Shown: positions 21,436 through 31,908, numbered from the stretch's first letter. The stretch is 64,000 bases of DNA from an uncultured Acidobacteriota bacterium (GCA_963828465.1 CAWHEU010000022.1:32001-96000), one strand, 5' to 3'. Translations and numbers: made by a program. The notes: generated by a model from the sequence alone, not told the origin.

Positions 21436-23058
21436 ATGGTCTCTTCCATCCGTCACCTTGTCGAGGCGCTCCGTGTCAGGGACATGCGGCGGGTGCTCGC
21501 TGCGTACCTCGGCTTCAGCGTGGCCGAGATGGCGAACTTCATCGCCATCCTCATCTACGCCTACGAAGTGGGTGGCGCCTCGGCTCTCGGCCTGGTCGCG
21601 TTCCTCCAGCTCGCCCCGGCCACCGTGTTCGCCCCCGTTGGCGCCACCCTCGGAGACCGCTACCGCCGCGAGCTCATGCTCATCGTGGCGTACGCGGTCT
21701 TTGCCGCCTCCTCGGCCTCGATGGCGATCGCGCTCTACGCCGATTGGCCAGTGGGCGTGATCTACTTCCTCGCCGCGGTCAACGGCACGGTTCTGACCCT
21801 GGTGCGACCGTTTCACGAGTCCCTCCTCCCCGCCCTCGCCCGGAGCACGGAGCAACTGACGGCGGGGTATGTCGCCGGCGGAACAATCGAAAACCTGGGC
21901 TGGATCGCCGGGCCTCTTCTGGCCGGCGTCACCGCGGCTGCCTGGGGAATAGGCACCACCTTCGTCATCACGACGGCGCTTCTACTCGTCGGCACGATCT
22001 TGGTCTGGAGTGTTCAGACCACCACGGCAGCCGACCGTGGCACCGGCCAGAGCGCAATTCAGATGACATTGGAGGGGTTCGGCGCCTTCCGCGGCCCCCG
22101 CCCCAGGGTCATCCTCCTCTCCTCGACCAGCGTCTTCTTCCTAGCCGGTGTTCTCGAGGTCGCCACCATCGTCCTCGCCTTCGAAGTGTTCGCCACGGAA
22201 GATTCCGGGGCTGCCTGGCTCAATGCCGCTATCGGTATTGGTGCCGCAGCAGGCTCGGTCCTTGCGATCGTTCTGATCGGAAAGAGACACCTCGCTCCAT
22301 CGATGCGGCGGGGACTGCTACTCATCGCTGTATCCGTGTCTTTGATCCCGATCTTTGGATCGCAGGCAGTCGCCCTTGTCGCTTTGGCCGTCATGGGCGC
22401 CGGCTGGACCTTCGTCGATGTGTCGGGTCGGATCATGCTGCAACGGGTCATCCCGCTCGGCGGTCTCTCCCGGGCGTTTGGGGTCGTGGAAGGAACCTCC
22501 ACCGCCGCCGAGGCGTTCGGCTCGGTAGCGGGGGCGATCCTCATCGGCTGGTTGGGCGTCGGGTGGACGCTGGTCGTCGCCAGTCTGCTCATCATCCTTG
22601 TCGTCCTGGTCAACCGCGGGGCGCTCCAGGAGGCGGACGTTGGGGTGATAGTCCCCATCGAGCACCTCCACTTGTTGAGGTCGACGCCGATGTTCGCCGC
22701 ATTAGGCCCGGCCGAGTTGGAGCGCCTGGCATTGACCATCGATGAGGAATCGGTCGGCCCGGGCTCTGCCGTCTGTGTGCAGGGGGAGCCGGGGGAACAC
22801 TTCTACTTCGTGGAGCGGGGGACGGCCCGGGTCGTACGTGACGGCACAGATGTCGCAACCCTGGCGACCGGGGACTTCTTCGGGGAGATTGCCTTGTTGC
22901 GGGACATCCCCCGAACCGCCACCGTCGAGGCCGTGAGCGACCTGGATCTATTGGTCCTCGAAAGGGGGCCGTTCCTAGACGCGATCAAGTCGTCGGCGTG
23001 CCAGATCGAAGCCGCCCAAGCGGTATCCCAGACTCGCATGGACGAGTTGGGAATGTGA
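21436..23058 (+). CDS. MFS transporter with C-terminal cNMP-binding domain
   Basis: About 12 TM segments, GATLGDRYRR motif, cNMP motif GDFFGEIALLRDIPRTATV. Start could be 21388. Confidence 0.9.
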   Translation: MVSSIRHLVEALRVRDMRRVLAAYLGFSVAEMANFIAILIYAYEVGGASALGLVAFLQLAPATVFAPVGATLGDRYRRELMLIVAYAVFAASSASMAIALYADWPVGVIYFLAAVNGTVLTLVRPFHESLLPALARSTEQLTAGYVAGGTIENLGWIAGPLLAGVTAAAWGIGTTFVITTALLLVGTILVWSVQTTTAADRGTGQSAIQMTLEGFGAFRGPRPRVILLSSTSVFFLAGVLEVATIVLAFEVFATEDSGAAWLNAAIGIGAAAGSVLAIVLIGKRHLAPSMRRGLLLIAVSVSLIPIFGSQAVALVALAVMGAGWTFVDVSGRIMLQRVIPLGGLSRAFGVVEGTSTAAEAFGSVAGAILIGWLGVGWTLVVASLLIILVVLVNRGALQEADVGVIVPIEHLHLLRSTPMFAALGPAELERLALTIDEESVGPGSAVCVQGEPGEHFYFVERGTARVVRDGTDVATLATGDFFGEIALLRDIPRTATVEAVSDLDLLVLERGPFLDAIKSSACQIEAAQAVSQTRMDELGM

Positions 23059-23146
23059 AGAATCCTCGATGGACGACGCCAACAGCATGGCGGGTCCGTT
23101 CTTCGCTATGTTCCGGCATGCACCCGGAGCGAGGAGGAGAAGAACA

Positions 23147-23398
23147 GTGCCCACATTCATGGACGTCCACAATATGGACGGGGGAGTATCCGCGGCAGAT
23201 GTTGCCGGGGCTCACCAGGCGGATCTGGCCCACCAGGATCAGTACGGCGTCAATTACAAGAGCTACTGGGTGGACGAGTCCAACGGCAAGATCTTCTGCC
23301 TCGTCGACGCTCCAGACTCCGAGACTGCGGTGAAGGTGCACCGGGAGGCGCACGGTCTGGTCGCCGACGAGATCTACGAGGTCGTCGAAGGGTCTTGA
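23147..23398 (+). CDS. DUF4242 / SCO4226-family nickel-binding protein
   Basis: PTFMDVH, AHQADL, YWVDE...FCLVDAP, VHREAHGLVADEI. GTG start after GAGGAGG. Confidence 0.9.
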   Translation: MPTFMDVHNMDGGVSAADVAGAHQADLAHQDQYGVNYKSYWVDESNGKIFCLVDAPDSETAVKVHREAHGLVADEIYEVVEGS

Positions 23399-23456
23399 TG
23401 CGGCGCCTGACAGTGCGCAGGCCCGTCTGAAAGCAGCTCCCACGTAGGGTCTTGGG

Positions 23457-25034
23457 ATGGCGGATGTCGCCCTCCCAAACTCGAGCGGGGTTCGAACCGC
23501 TGAGATCATCGCCGCGATCTCGATGGCGACAGACCTGGCCGTCGGCTTCCCGCTGGAGCATGGTTTACGAAGCTCCGTGATCGCTACGCGCCTATGCGAT
23601 CGTCTGGGGGTCGACCGGGAGACCGCGTCGCAGGCGTACTTCCTCAGCCTCCTCTTCTACGTTGGCTGCAATGCCCCGGCCGAGGTGGGCTGGGACGTGT
23701 TTGGCGACGACGACTCGCTCACCACATACGCCAGTCCATTCCGATTTGGCAGCCGGGCGGAGATGGCCAAAGGAATGATGCGGGCGGTGGCACCGCCAAC
23801 CGCACCGGCTCATGTCCGTGTCTGGCGTGTCAGTCGCCACCTGCCGGAGTTGGCCATCGGGTTTGCCGGGGTGGTCGACGCCACCTGCGAGGTCGCGCGG
23901 ATGCTCACGGACGAGCTGGGCCTGGGGTCACCTGTCTCCAACCTCGTGGCTTTCGAGTCGGCGCGTTGGGATGGCAAGGGGTTTCCGGGCGGGGTCGGCG
24001 GAGACGAGATCCCACTTGCGGTGCGGATAGCCCACGTCGCCCGGGACGCCGCATTTCAGCTCATTCTGGGTGACGTCGAGTTCGTTTCCGATGTGATCGG
24101 CCAGCGGTCCGCCCAGGCGTTCGACCCGATAGTCGCCAGGACTTTCATACAGGACGCGGCCGAGATCGTCGAGATCGAATCAGAGCTCCCGCTCTGGGAC
24201 CTGGCGCTCGGCTGCGAGCCCAAACCCTGGTCGTTGCTCGACGGAGAGGCGATCGACCGAGCGCTGGCCGCGATGGGTCACTTCACCGATATGGCCATTC
24301 CCGAATTCGTGGGGCACTCCTCTGGAGTGGCGACTGCGTGCCTGGCTGCGGCCCAGGTGCTTTCGTTCGACTCAGCGGACACTCTGACCGTTCATCGTGC
24401 GGCGTTGGTGCACGACCTGGGACGGGCCGCGGTTCCGGTCCGCATCTGGAGCAAGAGAAAGTCGTTGACGCTGGACGACTGGGAGCGAATACGGCTGCAC
24501 GCCTACCACACCGAGCGGATCCTGACCCAGTCTCCTTTCCTCTCAGACCTGGTTCCGGTCGCCGGGTTTCACCATGAACGCGTCGACGGAACGGGTTATC
24601 ACCGTGGTGTCGGGGCGTCGTCCATGGAGCGACCGGCCCGTGTCCTTGCCGCTGCCGACGCCTATCACGCCATGACCGAGCCCCGACCGCATCGGCCTGC
24701 CCTTTCGCGCGGAGCGGCGGCGGAGGTGCTCACTGGAGAGGCCAAAGCCGGGCGCCTCGATCCGGAAGCGGTCGCCGCTGTGCTGGAGGGCGGCGGGCAT
24801 AGCGCTGCTTCGGTGCCCTGGCCTGCCGGCTTGACCGAGCGCGAGATCCAGGTGGTGAGGCACCTCGCACGGGGTCTTCAGACCAAGCAGATCGCCCGGG
24901 CCCTCGAGATATCGCCGAAGACCGTCGACTTTCACATTCAAAGCGCCTATCGCAAGATGGGCGTATCGACCCGGGCCGGCGCCACCCTGTTCGCCATGCA
25001 GCACGGACTCACCACCTGGGAGAACTCCCGATAG
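23457..25034 (+). CDS. HD-GYP-like domain + LuxR HTH regulator
   Basis: AALVHDLG, HHERVDGTGY, AADAYHAMTEPRPHR, and GLTEREIQV...TVDFHI. Confidence 0.92.
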   Translation: MADVALPNSSGVRTAEIIAAISMATDLAVGFPLEHGLRSSVIATRLCDRLGVDRETASQAYFLSLLFYVGCNAPAEVGWDVFGDDDSLTTYASPFRFGSRAEMAKGMMRAVAPPTAPAHVRVWRVSRHLPELAIGFAGVVDATCEVARMLTDELGLGSPVSNLVAFESARWDGKGFPGGVGGDEIPLAVRIAHVARDAAFQLILGDVEFVSDVIGQRSAQAFDPIVARTFIQDAAEIVEIESELPLWDLALGCEPKPWSLLDGEAIDRALAAMGHFTDMAIPEFVGHSSGVATACLAAAQVLSFDSADTLTVHRAALVHDLGRAAVPVRIWSKRKSLTLDDWERIRLHAYHTERILTQSPFLSDLVPVAGFHHERVDGTGYHRGVGASSMERPARVLAAADAYHAMTEPRPHRPALSRGAAAEVLTGEAKAGRLDPEAVAAVLEGGGHSAASVPWPAGLTEREIQVVRHLARGLQTKQIARALEISPKTVDFHIQSAYRKMGVSTRAGATLFAMQHGLTTWENSR

Positions 25035-25075
25035 GCGACGATCGCCGATTCTCATACCTTGGTCACGAGACCGAG

Positions 25076-26182
25076 ATGAGCGAGCACATCGACACAATCG
25101 TCATCGGTGGCGGTCAGGCGGGTCTAGCCGTCGGCTATCACCTCCACCGCAATGGCATGCCGTTCCTGATCCTGGATGAGAACCCCCGAATAGGGGACGT
25201 CTGGCGGAACAGGTGGGACTCCCTCCGGCTATTCACCCCCGCCGCATATAGCGGGCTGCCGGGCATGCCCTTCCCAGGCCCCCGATCTGCTTACCCCACC
25301 AAGGATGAGACCGCCGCCTATTTCGAGGCGTACGCCGAAAGATTCGGGCTCCCGGTTCGAACAGGGGTCAGGGTGGACCGGCTCTCTGGGAGCGGCGATG
25401 GCTTCGTGGTGTCTGCCGGAACTGACCAACTTCATGCCCAAAACGTCGTGGTGGCGACCGGTGCCTATCAGCAACCGCACATCCCATCCTTCTCGACGCA
25501 GCTCGACAACACCATCCTCCAGCTCCATTCGACCGAGTACCACAATCCCGACCAGCTGCGTGAGGGTGGAGTCCTCGTCGTCGGAGCCGGCAACTCGGGT
25601 GCCGAGATTGCTCTCGATATCGCCAGTCACCACCGGGTTTGGCTCTCCGGCCCGGATCCCGGACAGGAGCCCACCCGCGCCGGGACCATCCCCGACCGGT
25701 TGTTGACCCCGATTCTGTGGTTGGCCGCAACCCGGCTGACGGTGAGGACCGCACCCGGACGAAAGCTCCGCGACCGCTTCATCGATCCCCCCCGTGGCAT
25801 TCCGCTGGGGCGGGTACGACGGAAGGACATCATCGCCGCCGGGATCGAACGAGTGCCCCGGACCGTCGGAGTGAGCAATGGCCACCCCGTGCTCGAGGAT
25901 GGAACGGTGCTCGAAGTATCGAACGTCATCTGGTGCACCGGATTCACACATGACTACGGCTGGATCGACCCCCCAATCGCGACGGACAAGGGCTTCCCGA
26001 TTCACAACCGGGGTATCGTCGAGTCCCGTCCCGGTCTGTACTTCATCGGGCTCCGCTTCCTCTACTCGCTGAGCTCGGCTCTCCTGGGCGGTGTGGGACG
26101 GGACGCTGAATACATCGTCGATCACATCGTTGCCACGCGGCAGGGGAGAAAGGATTTGAGTGACCAGCGAGCGCAGCGGTGA
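25076..26182 (+). CDS. flavin-dependent monooxygenase-like oxidoreductase (CzcO/ArsO family)
   Basis: GGGQAGLA, RWDSLRLFTP, LHSTEY, VVGAGNSG, WCTGF. Confidence 0.9.
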   Translation: MSEHIDTIVIGGGQAGLAVGYHLHRNGMPFLILDENPRIGDVWRNRWDSLRLFTPAAYSGLPGMPFPGPRSAYPTKDETAAYFEAYAERFGLPVRTGVRVDRLSGSGDGFVVSAGTDQLHAQNVVVATGAYQQPHIPSFSTQLDNTILQLHSTEYHNPDQLREGGVLVVGAGNSGAEIALDIASHHRVWLSGPDPGQEPTRAGTIPDRLLTPILWLAATRLTVRTAPGRKLRDRFIDPPRGIPLGRVRRKDIIAAGIERVPRTVGVSNGHPVLEDGTVLEVSNVIWCTGFTHDYGWIDPPIATDKGFPIHNRGIVESRPGLYFIGLRFLYSLSSALLGGVGRDAEYIVDHIVATRQGRKDLSDQRAQR

Positions 26183-26828
26183 GAGCTCTCTGCCGCCAGC
26201 ACGGAAGCGAGCGAAAGACATCGAGCGCAAACGTCGCATCTACGCCGACGAAGCCCCCACCTATGACGATGAGATGGATTTCTTCGAGAGGCGGATCACG
26301 GGGACGGAGCATCGCGGTTGGGCATGCTCACGAGCGAACGGAGCCACGCTCGAGGTTGCCATTGGCACCGGTCTAAATCTTCCCCACTATCCGACTGGTC
26401 TGAACCTGACAGGAATCGATCTGAGCCCCGAAATGCTCGACGTGGCACGCGCCAGAGCCCAACACTTGGGTCGAGCAGTCGAGTTGCTCGAGGCAGACGC
26501 TCAGAACCTGCCATTTCCGAACAACTCAGTCGACACCGTGGTGTGCACTTACGCGCTGTGCAGCGTCCCCGACGACGCCCGGGTCGTCAGCGAGATGAGG
26601 CGCGTCCTCAAACGAGGTGGCCGTCTCATCCTCGTGGACCATGTCCGCAGCACATCCCCACCACTGTTCTGGCTGCAGTGGTTGTACGAATTCATCCCGA
26701 GGCGGACAAAGGGCGAGTTCATGACACGTCAACCAGCCCAACATGTCATAACGACGGATTTCGAGATCGTGGACCACGATCGTCTTCGAGTTGGAATTGT
26801 CGAGCGACTGATGGCGGTCAAGCGGTAG
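26160..26828 (+). CDS. class I SAM-dependent methyltransferase
   Basis: LEVAIGTG, GIDLSPEML, ADAQNLPF, RVLKRGG. Confidence 0.9.
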   Translation: MTSERSGESSLPPARKRAKDIERKRRIYADEAPTYDDEMDFFERRITGTEHRGWACSRANGATLEVAIGTGLNLPHYPTGLNLTGIDLSPEMLDVARARAQHLGRAVELLEADAQNLPFPNNSVDTVVCTYALCSVPDDARVVSEMRRVLKRGGRLILVDHVRSTSPPLFWLQWLYEFIPRRTKGEFMTRQPAQHVITTDFEIVDHDRLRVGIVERLMAVKR

Positions 26829-26918
26829 TCGGTAGCGGCCCGTGCGACTTTGCTCGCGAACTATCTGCACGTGTGGCCGACCCTCCCCATCAGGCTTCGG
26901 TGTTTCCCAAGTGGATGC

Positions 26919-28409
26919 CTAGGCGCCGAATCGTTCCCGAAGCAGACCGTGACGCAGCCCCCGATCGCTCACCGTGAGACTCTCCTGACCGAGCTTTCCC
27001 ATCACAGTGCGGACGATGCAGCACCCGGCCAGGATCACGTCGGCGCGTTTGGGTTGGAGCCCGACGATCGAACGGCGGGCCTCGGCGTCCTGTGTCCGGT
27101 ACATCTCGATCTGGCGGTCGATCTCGTCACGTTCCAGGATGGTTCCCTGGACCACGTCGGGGTCATAAGTCGCCAACCGGTGAAAGACCGCTGTGATATT
27201 GGTCACTGCGCCTCCCATGGCCACCAGGGCGTCGGGCCGGGGGCGGCCGTCGAGAGCGGAGAGATCACGGGAGATCGCCTCGAGTGCCGAGGCGAGCACA
27301 TCCGCCTCCACCGCATTGTCCAGCCCGAAAGTCTCGGTGTATCGCACCGCGCCGACAGGGACGCTGAAGCGCTCCACTACCTCGTCACCATCGCCGAAGG
27401 TGAACTGAGAGCTTCCCCCTCCGGTGTCGAACACCACCAACGAGCCAGGATCCAGTCCGAGCTCGGCCTTGACCGCCAGATAGGCGAGTCGAGCCTCCTC
27501 CTCACCGGAGATGGCCTCGACGGTGAACCCGGTTCGTCTCCGGATGAGGTCGATCACCTGGTCACGATTGGAGGCGGTCCGCAATGCCGCAGTCCCGACC
27601 ATGACGATGGCCCTGGCCCGATTCTGTCTCGCATCGTCGACCATCTCTGCGATCGCCTTTGCGGTGCGCTCCATCGCCTCGTCGGATATTGGGCCGTTCG
27701 GCTCCTGCCCCTCGCCGAGGCGGGTCAGTTCGGCCCGGTCGACGACGGCTCTCCATCCATCGGCGGTCTGCTCGGCCACGTGGAACTTGACCGAGTTCGT
27801 GCCGACGTCGACGACCGCGTACCTCACTCCTCCGTCGACGAGGATGATGGTCATGCCCCGGACGAAGTTGTGGTTCAGCAGCGTCTGCATACCGGTTGTG
27901 TTGACAGCATCGATCACTTTGTCGGGGTCTTCGGACTCGATGGCGATCGTCCTCATCGGGACGCTGTCCACCACCAAATCGGTCAGCTCGGCCATGCAGC
28001 CGTCCAACGTGTAACGCACCCGTCTCTTGTGGATCGGCACCGCGCTCACCTGAGGATGGGACGCCAACACCTCGGAGTGGAATTGGTCGAGCGTGTATGA
28101 GTCACGGTTCAGTGGCGGTGGGTCGATCGCCAGCATCGCAAAGACCTTTGCCACATCCGTCGCCGCCAGCGGGAAGCCCTCCTTCATGACGGGGACCCAC
28201 TGTTCGAGACCTTCTGGGCTCACCTCCTGGAGGACCTTCACGTCCATCAGTTCGTCGCGGATCTTGACGATCGGGCCCGATCCTGTGCGCAGATAGACCT
28301 CATCGGACTCCTGGATCCCCGTCGGTTCGAGGGCGGCGAACACCGCTTCGGCGGCATCGAAATCGGTGCCGAAGGTGCGCCACTCCCAGCGAGGGACGAT
28401 TGTCGTCAT
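26919..28409 (-). CDS. Ppx/GppA exopolyphosphatase with N-terminal CYTH-like domain
   Basis: Start MTTIVPRWEWRTF. AVVDVGTNS, GTAALRTASN, EEARL, DTGGGSS, GLRHGLL. Confidence 0.88.
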   Translation of the reverse strand: MTTIVPRWEWRTFGTDFDAAEAVFAALEPTGIQESDEVYLRTGSGPIVKIRDELMDVKVLQEVSPEGLEQWVPVMKEGFPLAATDVAKVFAMLAIDPPPLNRDSYTLDQFHSEVLASHPQVSAVPIHKRRVRYTLDGCMAELTDLVVDSVPMRTIAIESEDPDKVIDAVNTTGMQTLLNHNFVRGMTIILVDGGVRYAVVDVGTNSVKFHVAEQTADGWRAVVDRAELTRLGEGQEPNGPISDEAMERTAKAIAEMVDDARQNRARAIVMVGTAALRTASNRDQVIDLIRRRTGFTVEAISGEEEARLAYLAVKAELGLDPGSLVVFDTGGGSSQFTFGDGDEVVERFSVPVGAVRYTETFGLDNAVEADVLASALEAISRDLSALDGRPRPDALVAMGGAVTNITAVFHRLATYDPDVVQGTILERDEIDRQIEMYRTQDAEARRSIVGLQPKRADVILAGCCIVRTVMGKLGQESLTVSDRGLRHGLLRERFGA

Positions 28410-28473
28410 GCGCAGGTCGGTCCAATCTGGTTGGATTCGGGACCGTCCGACCCTAGACGACCCGAAGGAGACC

Positions 28474-31215
28474 ATGACCACCCAAGTAACTGAGCGCGCC
28501 GATTGGTACGCCATGGAAGCGGCCGATGCGGCTCTCACGCTCGAGGTGGACCCGAATCTCGGGCTGAAAGCACCCGAGGTCGAAGAGCGCGTGGCGAAGT
28601 ACGGGACGAATCGGCTTGCCGAGGGGGAGAAGGAGTCTGGGTTCCGGGCCTTCATCCGCCAATACGAGGACTTCATGCAGATCGTGCTGTTGGCGGCAGC
28701 GGTCGTCAATCAGCTGGTGACCGGGGATACGCCGACCACGGTCCTTCTCGCCGGTCTCACCGTCTTCAACGCGGTGATCGGTCTCCGGCAGGAGGCGAAG
28801 GCCGAGGAGAGCGTCGCCGCCCTGGCTTCGATGATGAAGACCATTGCCCGTGTCCGCCGGGATGGTCAGGTACTCGAAGTGGACGCGGTCGAGCTGGTGC
28901 CGGGGGATGTCGTCCTGGTGGAGGCGGGGAACCTGGTTCCTGCCGATGGCCGGATCACCGTCGCCGCGACGTTGGAGATCGAAGAGGCAGCCCTTACCGG
29001 GGAGAGTCTTCCGGTCAGCAAGGCCACTGCCCCGGTCACGGGTGCGGACGTACCGCTGGGAGACCGCACCTGCATGGCCTACATGAACACCTCCGTGACC
29101 CGAGGGCGCGGGGAGATGGTGATCACCGCCACCGGGATGGAGACCGAGATCGGGCATATCGCCGGGATGCTGGCCAGCACCGAGTCGGAGAAGACCCCGC
29201 TGCAAAAGCAACTGGACGCGCTGTCCAAGATCATCGCCTCGATCGCTGCGGTGGCCCTGGTCGTGGTGGTCTTGTTGGGGCTGTCCCAGGGCCAGACCTT
29301 CGACACCCTGTTCATCACCGGGGTGGCGTTGGCCGTGGCCGCCATCCCGACCGGGCTTCCGGCGGTCGTGACCGCGCTGCTGTCGATCGGCACCCGGGAG
29401 ATCGCCCGGCGGAATGCGATTGTGAAACGTCTCCCCGCCGTCGAAACCCTGGGCTCGACTTCGGCGATCTGCTCCGACAAGACCGGGACCTTGACCCTGA
29501 ACAAGATGACCGCTCGGGAGATGGTCATTCCCGGCCAGAACGTCTTCCAGGTCTCCGGCGAGGGATATTCGACGGTCGGTGACATCACACATGTTGGCGG
29601 GGCCAACATCGATCTCGACGCATGTCTCCTACCGATGGTCCTCTGCGCCGACGCGGTCCTCGACGGAGAGAGCCTCATCGGTGACCCCACGGAAGGCGCT
29701 CTGATCGTTCTCGGTGCCAAAGGCGGGCTGGATATCGAACGCACCCGATCGACCTATCCGAGAGTCGCCGAGGTCCCGTTCGACTCGGAATACAAGTTCA
29801 TGGCCACCTTCCACGAGATGACGGACCGTGACGGCGATCCGGTCATCCGCTGTTTTGTGAAGGGCGCGCCCGACGTACTCATCGGCAGGGGTGGCTCCTA
29901 CCTCAGCCCCGATGGGGAGGAAGTGCCGGTCACCGACGAGAACAAGCATCTCGCCCTCGAGGCAAACGACCGCATGGCGGCTTCGGGGGAGCGGGTGATG
30001 GTCGTCGCCCGGAGGGACTTTGACCCGGATTCCTTCGATCCGAACGGGAATTTGCTCGATCTCGTCCAGGACCTGACCTTGCTGGCAATGGTGGGGATCG
30101 TCGATCCGCCCCGGTCTGAAGCCAAGGCTGCCATCGCCAAGTGTCACGACGCAGGGATCCGGGTGCGGATGATCACCGGGGACCATGCCACTACCGCTGC
30201 TGCCATCGCCGGAGAGCTCGGGATCGAAGGCAGGGCGATCACCGGCGCCCAGTTCGCGGCGATGCCCGACGACCAGCTCATCGAAGAGCTACCGGAGATC
30301 GGGGTGATTGCCCGGGTCGCCCCCGAAGACAAGGTGCGTCTGGTCCGGATGCTCCAGCAGTCCGAAAACGTCGTGGCGATGACCGGGGACGGGGTCAACG
30401 ACGCCCCGGCGTTGAAGGCCGCCGACATCGGTGTGGCCATGGGGATCACAGGCACCGAGGTCTCCAAAGAGGCGGCGGTGATGATCCTCACCGACGACAA
30501 CTTCGCCACCATCGTCGGCGCCGTCGAGTACGGGCGCGCCCTCTACGACAACCTGCTCAAGTATCTCCGCTTCCAGATGTCGACGCTTGTGGCCTATATC
30601 GCGGTGTTCATCGGCGCCGGCATCTTCGGCATCGCCGGCGGTGTCCCCCTCAACCCGCTCCAGATCCTGTGGCTGAACATGGTGATCGACATTCCCATCG
30701 CCATCGCCCTCGGCTTCGACGAGCCCACCCCCGGCCTCATGCAACGTGCACCACGGCCGGTGGGTGCCCCGGTCCTCTCCGCCCGGGATTGGGTCCGGTT
30801 GTGTGTGCAGGGCTTTGTCATGACCGTTGGCACTCTTGCCGTCTATCTGCTGGCAGAACCCGAATACGGAGCCGCGGTCGCCTCGACCATGCTGTTGACC
30901 ACGCTGTCGCTGTTCCACCTGATCGCCGGTTACATGGCCCGAGACCCGGACAGCACCGTGTTCGACCGGGCCGCACTGCCCGGATCCACTCAGCTGAAGC
31001 GCTATGGGCTCGCTCTCCTGGCCATGATCCTGGTGACCACACTGGGGATCCTCCAGCGCATCTTTTCGACGGTCGAGCTGGGCTTCAACCAGTGGGTGAT
31101 TTGTGGCGGGATCGCGTTGAGCCTGCTCGTGGTCGAAGAGCTCATCAAATTGTTCCTCCGTCGAAGGAAGTCCGTGCCCGAGAAGACCCCGGCCCAGCCG
31201 GCTCTGGCGGCGTGA
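28474..31215 (+). CDS. P-type cation-transporting ATPase (type IIA-like)
   Basis: LTGES, CSDKTGTLT, KGAP, MITGDH, TGDGVNDAPALK. AAGGAG RBS before 28474. Confidence 0.95.
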   Translation: MTTQVTERADWYAMEAADAALTLEVDPNLGLKAPEVEERVAKYGTNRLAEGEKESGFRAFIRQYEDFMQIVLLAAAVVNQLVTGDTPTTVLLAGLTVFNAVIGLRQEAKAEESVAALASMMKTIARVRRDGQVLEVDAVELVPGDVVLVEAGNLVPADGRITVAATLEIEEAALTGESLPVSKATAPVTGADVPLGDRTCMAYMNTSVTRGRGEMVITATGMETEIGHIAGMLASTESEKTPLQKQLDALSKIIASIAAVALVVVVLLGLSQGQTFDTLFITGVALAVAAIPTGLPAVVTALLSIGTREIARRNAIVKRLPAVETLGSTSAICSDKTGTLTLNKMTAREMVIPGQNVFQVSGEGYSTVGDITHVGGANIDLDACLLPMVLCADAVLDGESLIGDPTEGALIVLGAKGGLDIERTRSTYPRVAEVPFDSEYKFMATFHEMTDRDGDPVIRCFVKGAPDVLIGRGGSYLSPDGEEVPVTDENKHLALEANDRMAASGERVMVVARRDFDPDSFDPNGNLLDLVQDLTLLAMVGIVDPPRSEAKAAIAKCHDAGIRVRMITGDHATTAAAIAGELGIEGRAITGAQFAAMPDDQLIEELPEIGVIARVAPEDKVRLVRMLQQSENVVAMTGDGVNDAPALKAADIGVAMGITGTEVSKEAAVMILTDDNFATIVGAVEYGRALYDNLLKYLRFQMSTLVAYIAVFIGAGIFGIAGGVPLNPLQILWLNMVIDIPIAIALGFDEPTPGLMQRAPRPVGAPVLSARDWVRLCVQGFVMTVGTLAVYLLAEPEYGAAVASTMLLTTLSLFHLIAGYMARDPDSTVFDRAALPGSTQLKRYGLALLAMILVTTLGILQRIFSTVELGFNQWVICGGIALSLLVVEELIKLFLRRRKSVPEKTPAQPALAA

Positions 31216-31275
31216 ACGGGTCCCACGCTCTGCAGGATGACGGGTCTTTGGAATCCTCGGGCATAGCCTGGGTGG

Positions 31276-31686
31276 ATGGCGGTCGACCGAAGTCGTAAGG
31301 CGAGGAGCGCCCGCAAACGCAAGCGCCGAATGGGTCGCCTCGAACACGACCTCAGCGAAGAGCAGTGGGCGACCCTCAAGGCGGCCTGGGGTGGCTGCGC
31401 ATATTGCGGGGCCGTCGACAAGCCGCTCCAGCGCGATTGCGTGCTGGCTATCTCGCGGGGCGGGCGATACACCCTCAACAACATCGCTCCCGCCTGCCAG
31501 TCCTGCAATGCCAGCAAGGGCAATCACGAGGTGACCGGCTGGCTGCGACGCAGGCGGCTCGACGAGAGCGCCTTTTTGCTGCGTCATTTCGAGATCAACG
31601 CCGAGCTGGCAGAGCGGTTCCCTGGCGAATTGGCCGCCGAGCTCGATTCCACCACCGCCCAGACTCGGCCTGACCGGGCTCGCTGA
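31276..31686 (+). CDS. HNH endonuclease-fold protein
   Basis: CAYC...RDCVLAISRGG...NIAPACQSCNASK. Confidence 0.85.
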   Translation: MAVDRSRKARSARKRKRRMGRLEHDLSEEQWATLKAAWGGCAYCGAVDKPLQRDCVLAISRGGRYTLNNIAPACQSCNASKGNHEVTGWLRRRRLDESAFLLRHFEINAELAERFPGELAAELDSTTAQTRPDRAR

Positions 31687-31851
31687 ATCACGGAGACAAC
31701 CTTGCGCTATTCGCGCGCTCCCCTCCCGCGCTCCGCCGACGCCATCGGCAGCGGCGGCGAAGTTTCCAGGCTCGGGGGCAGATCAGGATTGGCCATGGGG
31801 AGCGAGCCGGTATCGGGATTCACTCCGATAGGTCGTGATGTCACGGCCCAT

Positions 31852-31892
31852 ATAGATGTCGCCCCGCTCGATCGAGCGGGGCGACTGTCTAT
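31852..31892. terminator. strong hairpin (28-bp perfect palindrome core) between convergent genes
   Basis: GTCGCCCCGCTCGATCGAGCGGGGCGAC at 31858-31885 is its own reverse complement. It is flanked by ATAGA/TCTAT and lies just after the galM stop. Confidence 0.65.
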
Positions 31893-31908
31893 GGCGAGTC
31901 TCCGCGTG

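Noticed and set aside
31276-31686. HNH gene as an IscB/Cas9-like or mobile element
   Set aside because: It is only 136 aa, with no RuvC motifs, terminal repeats or transposase.
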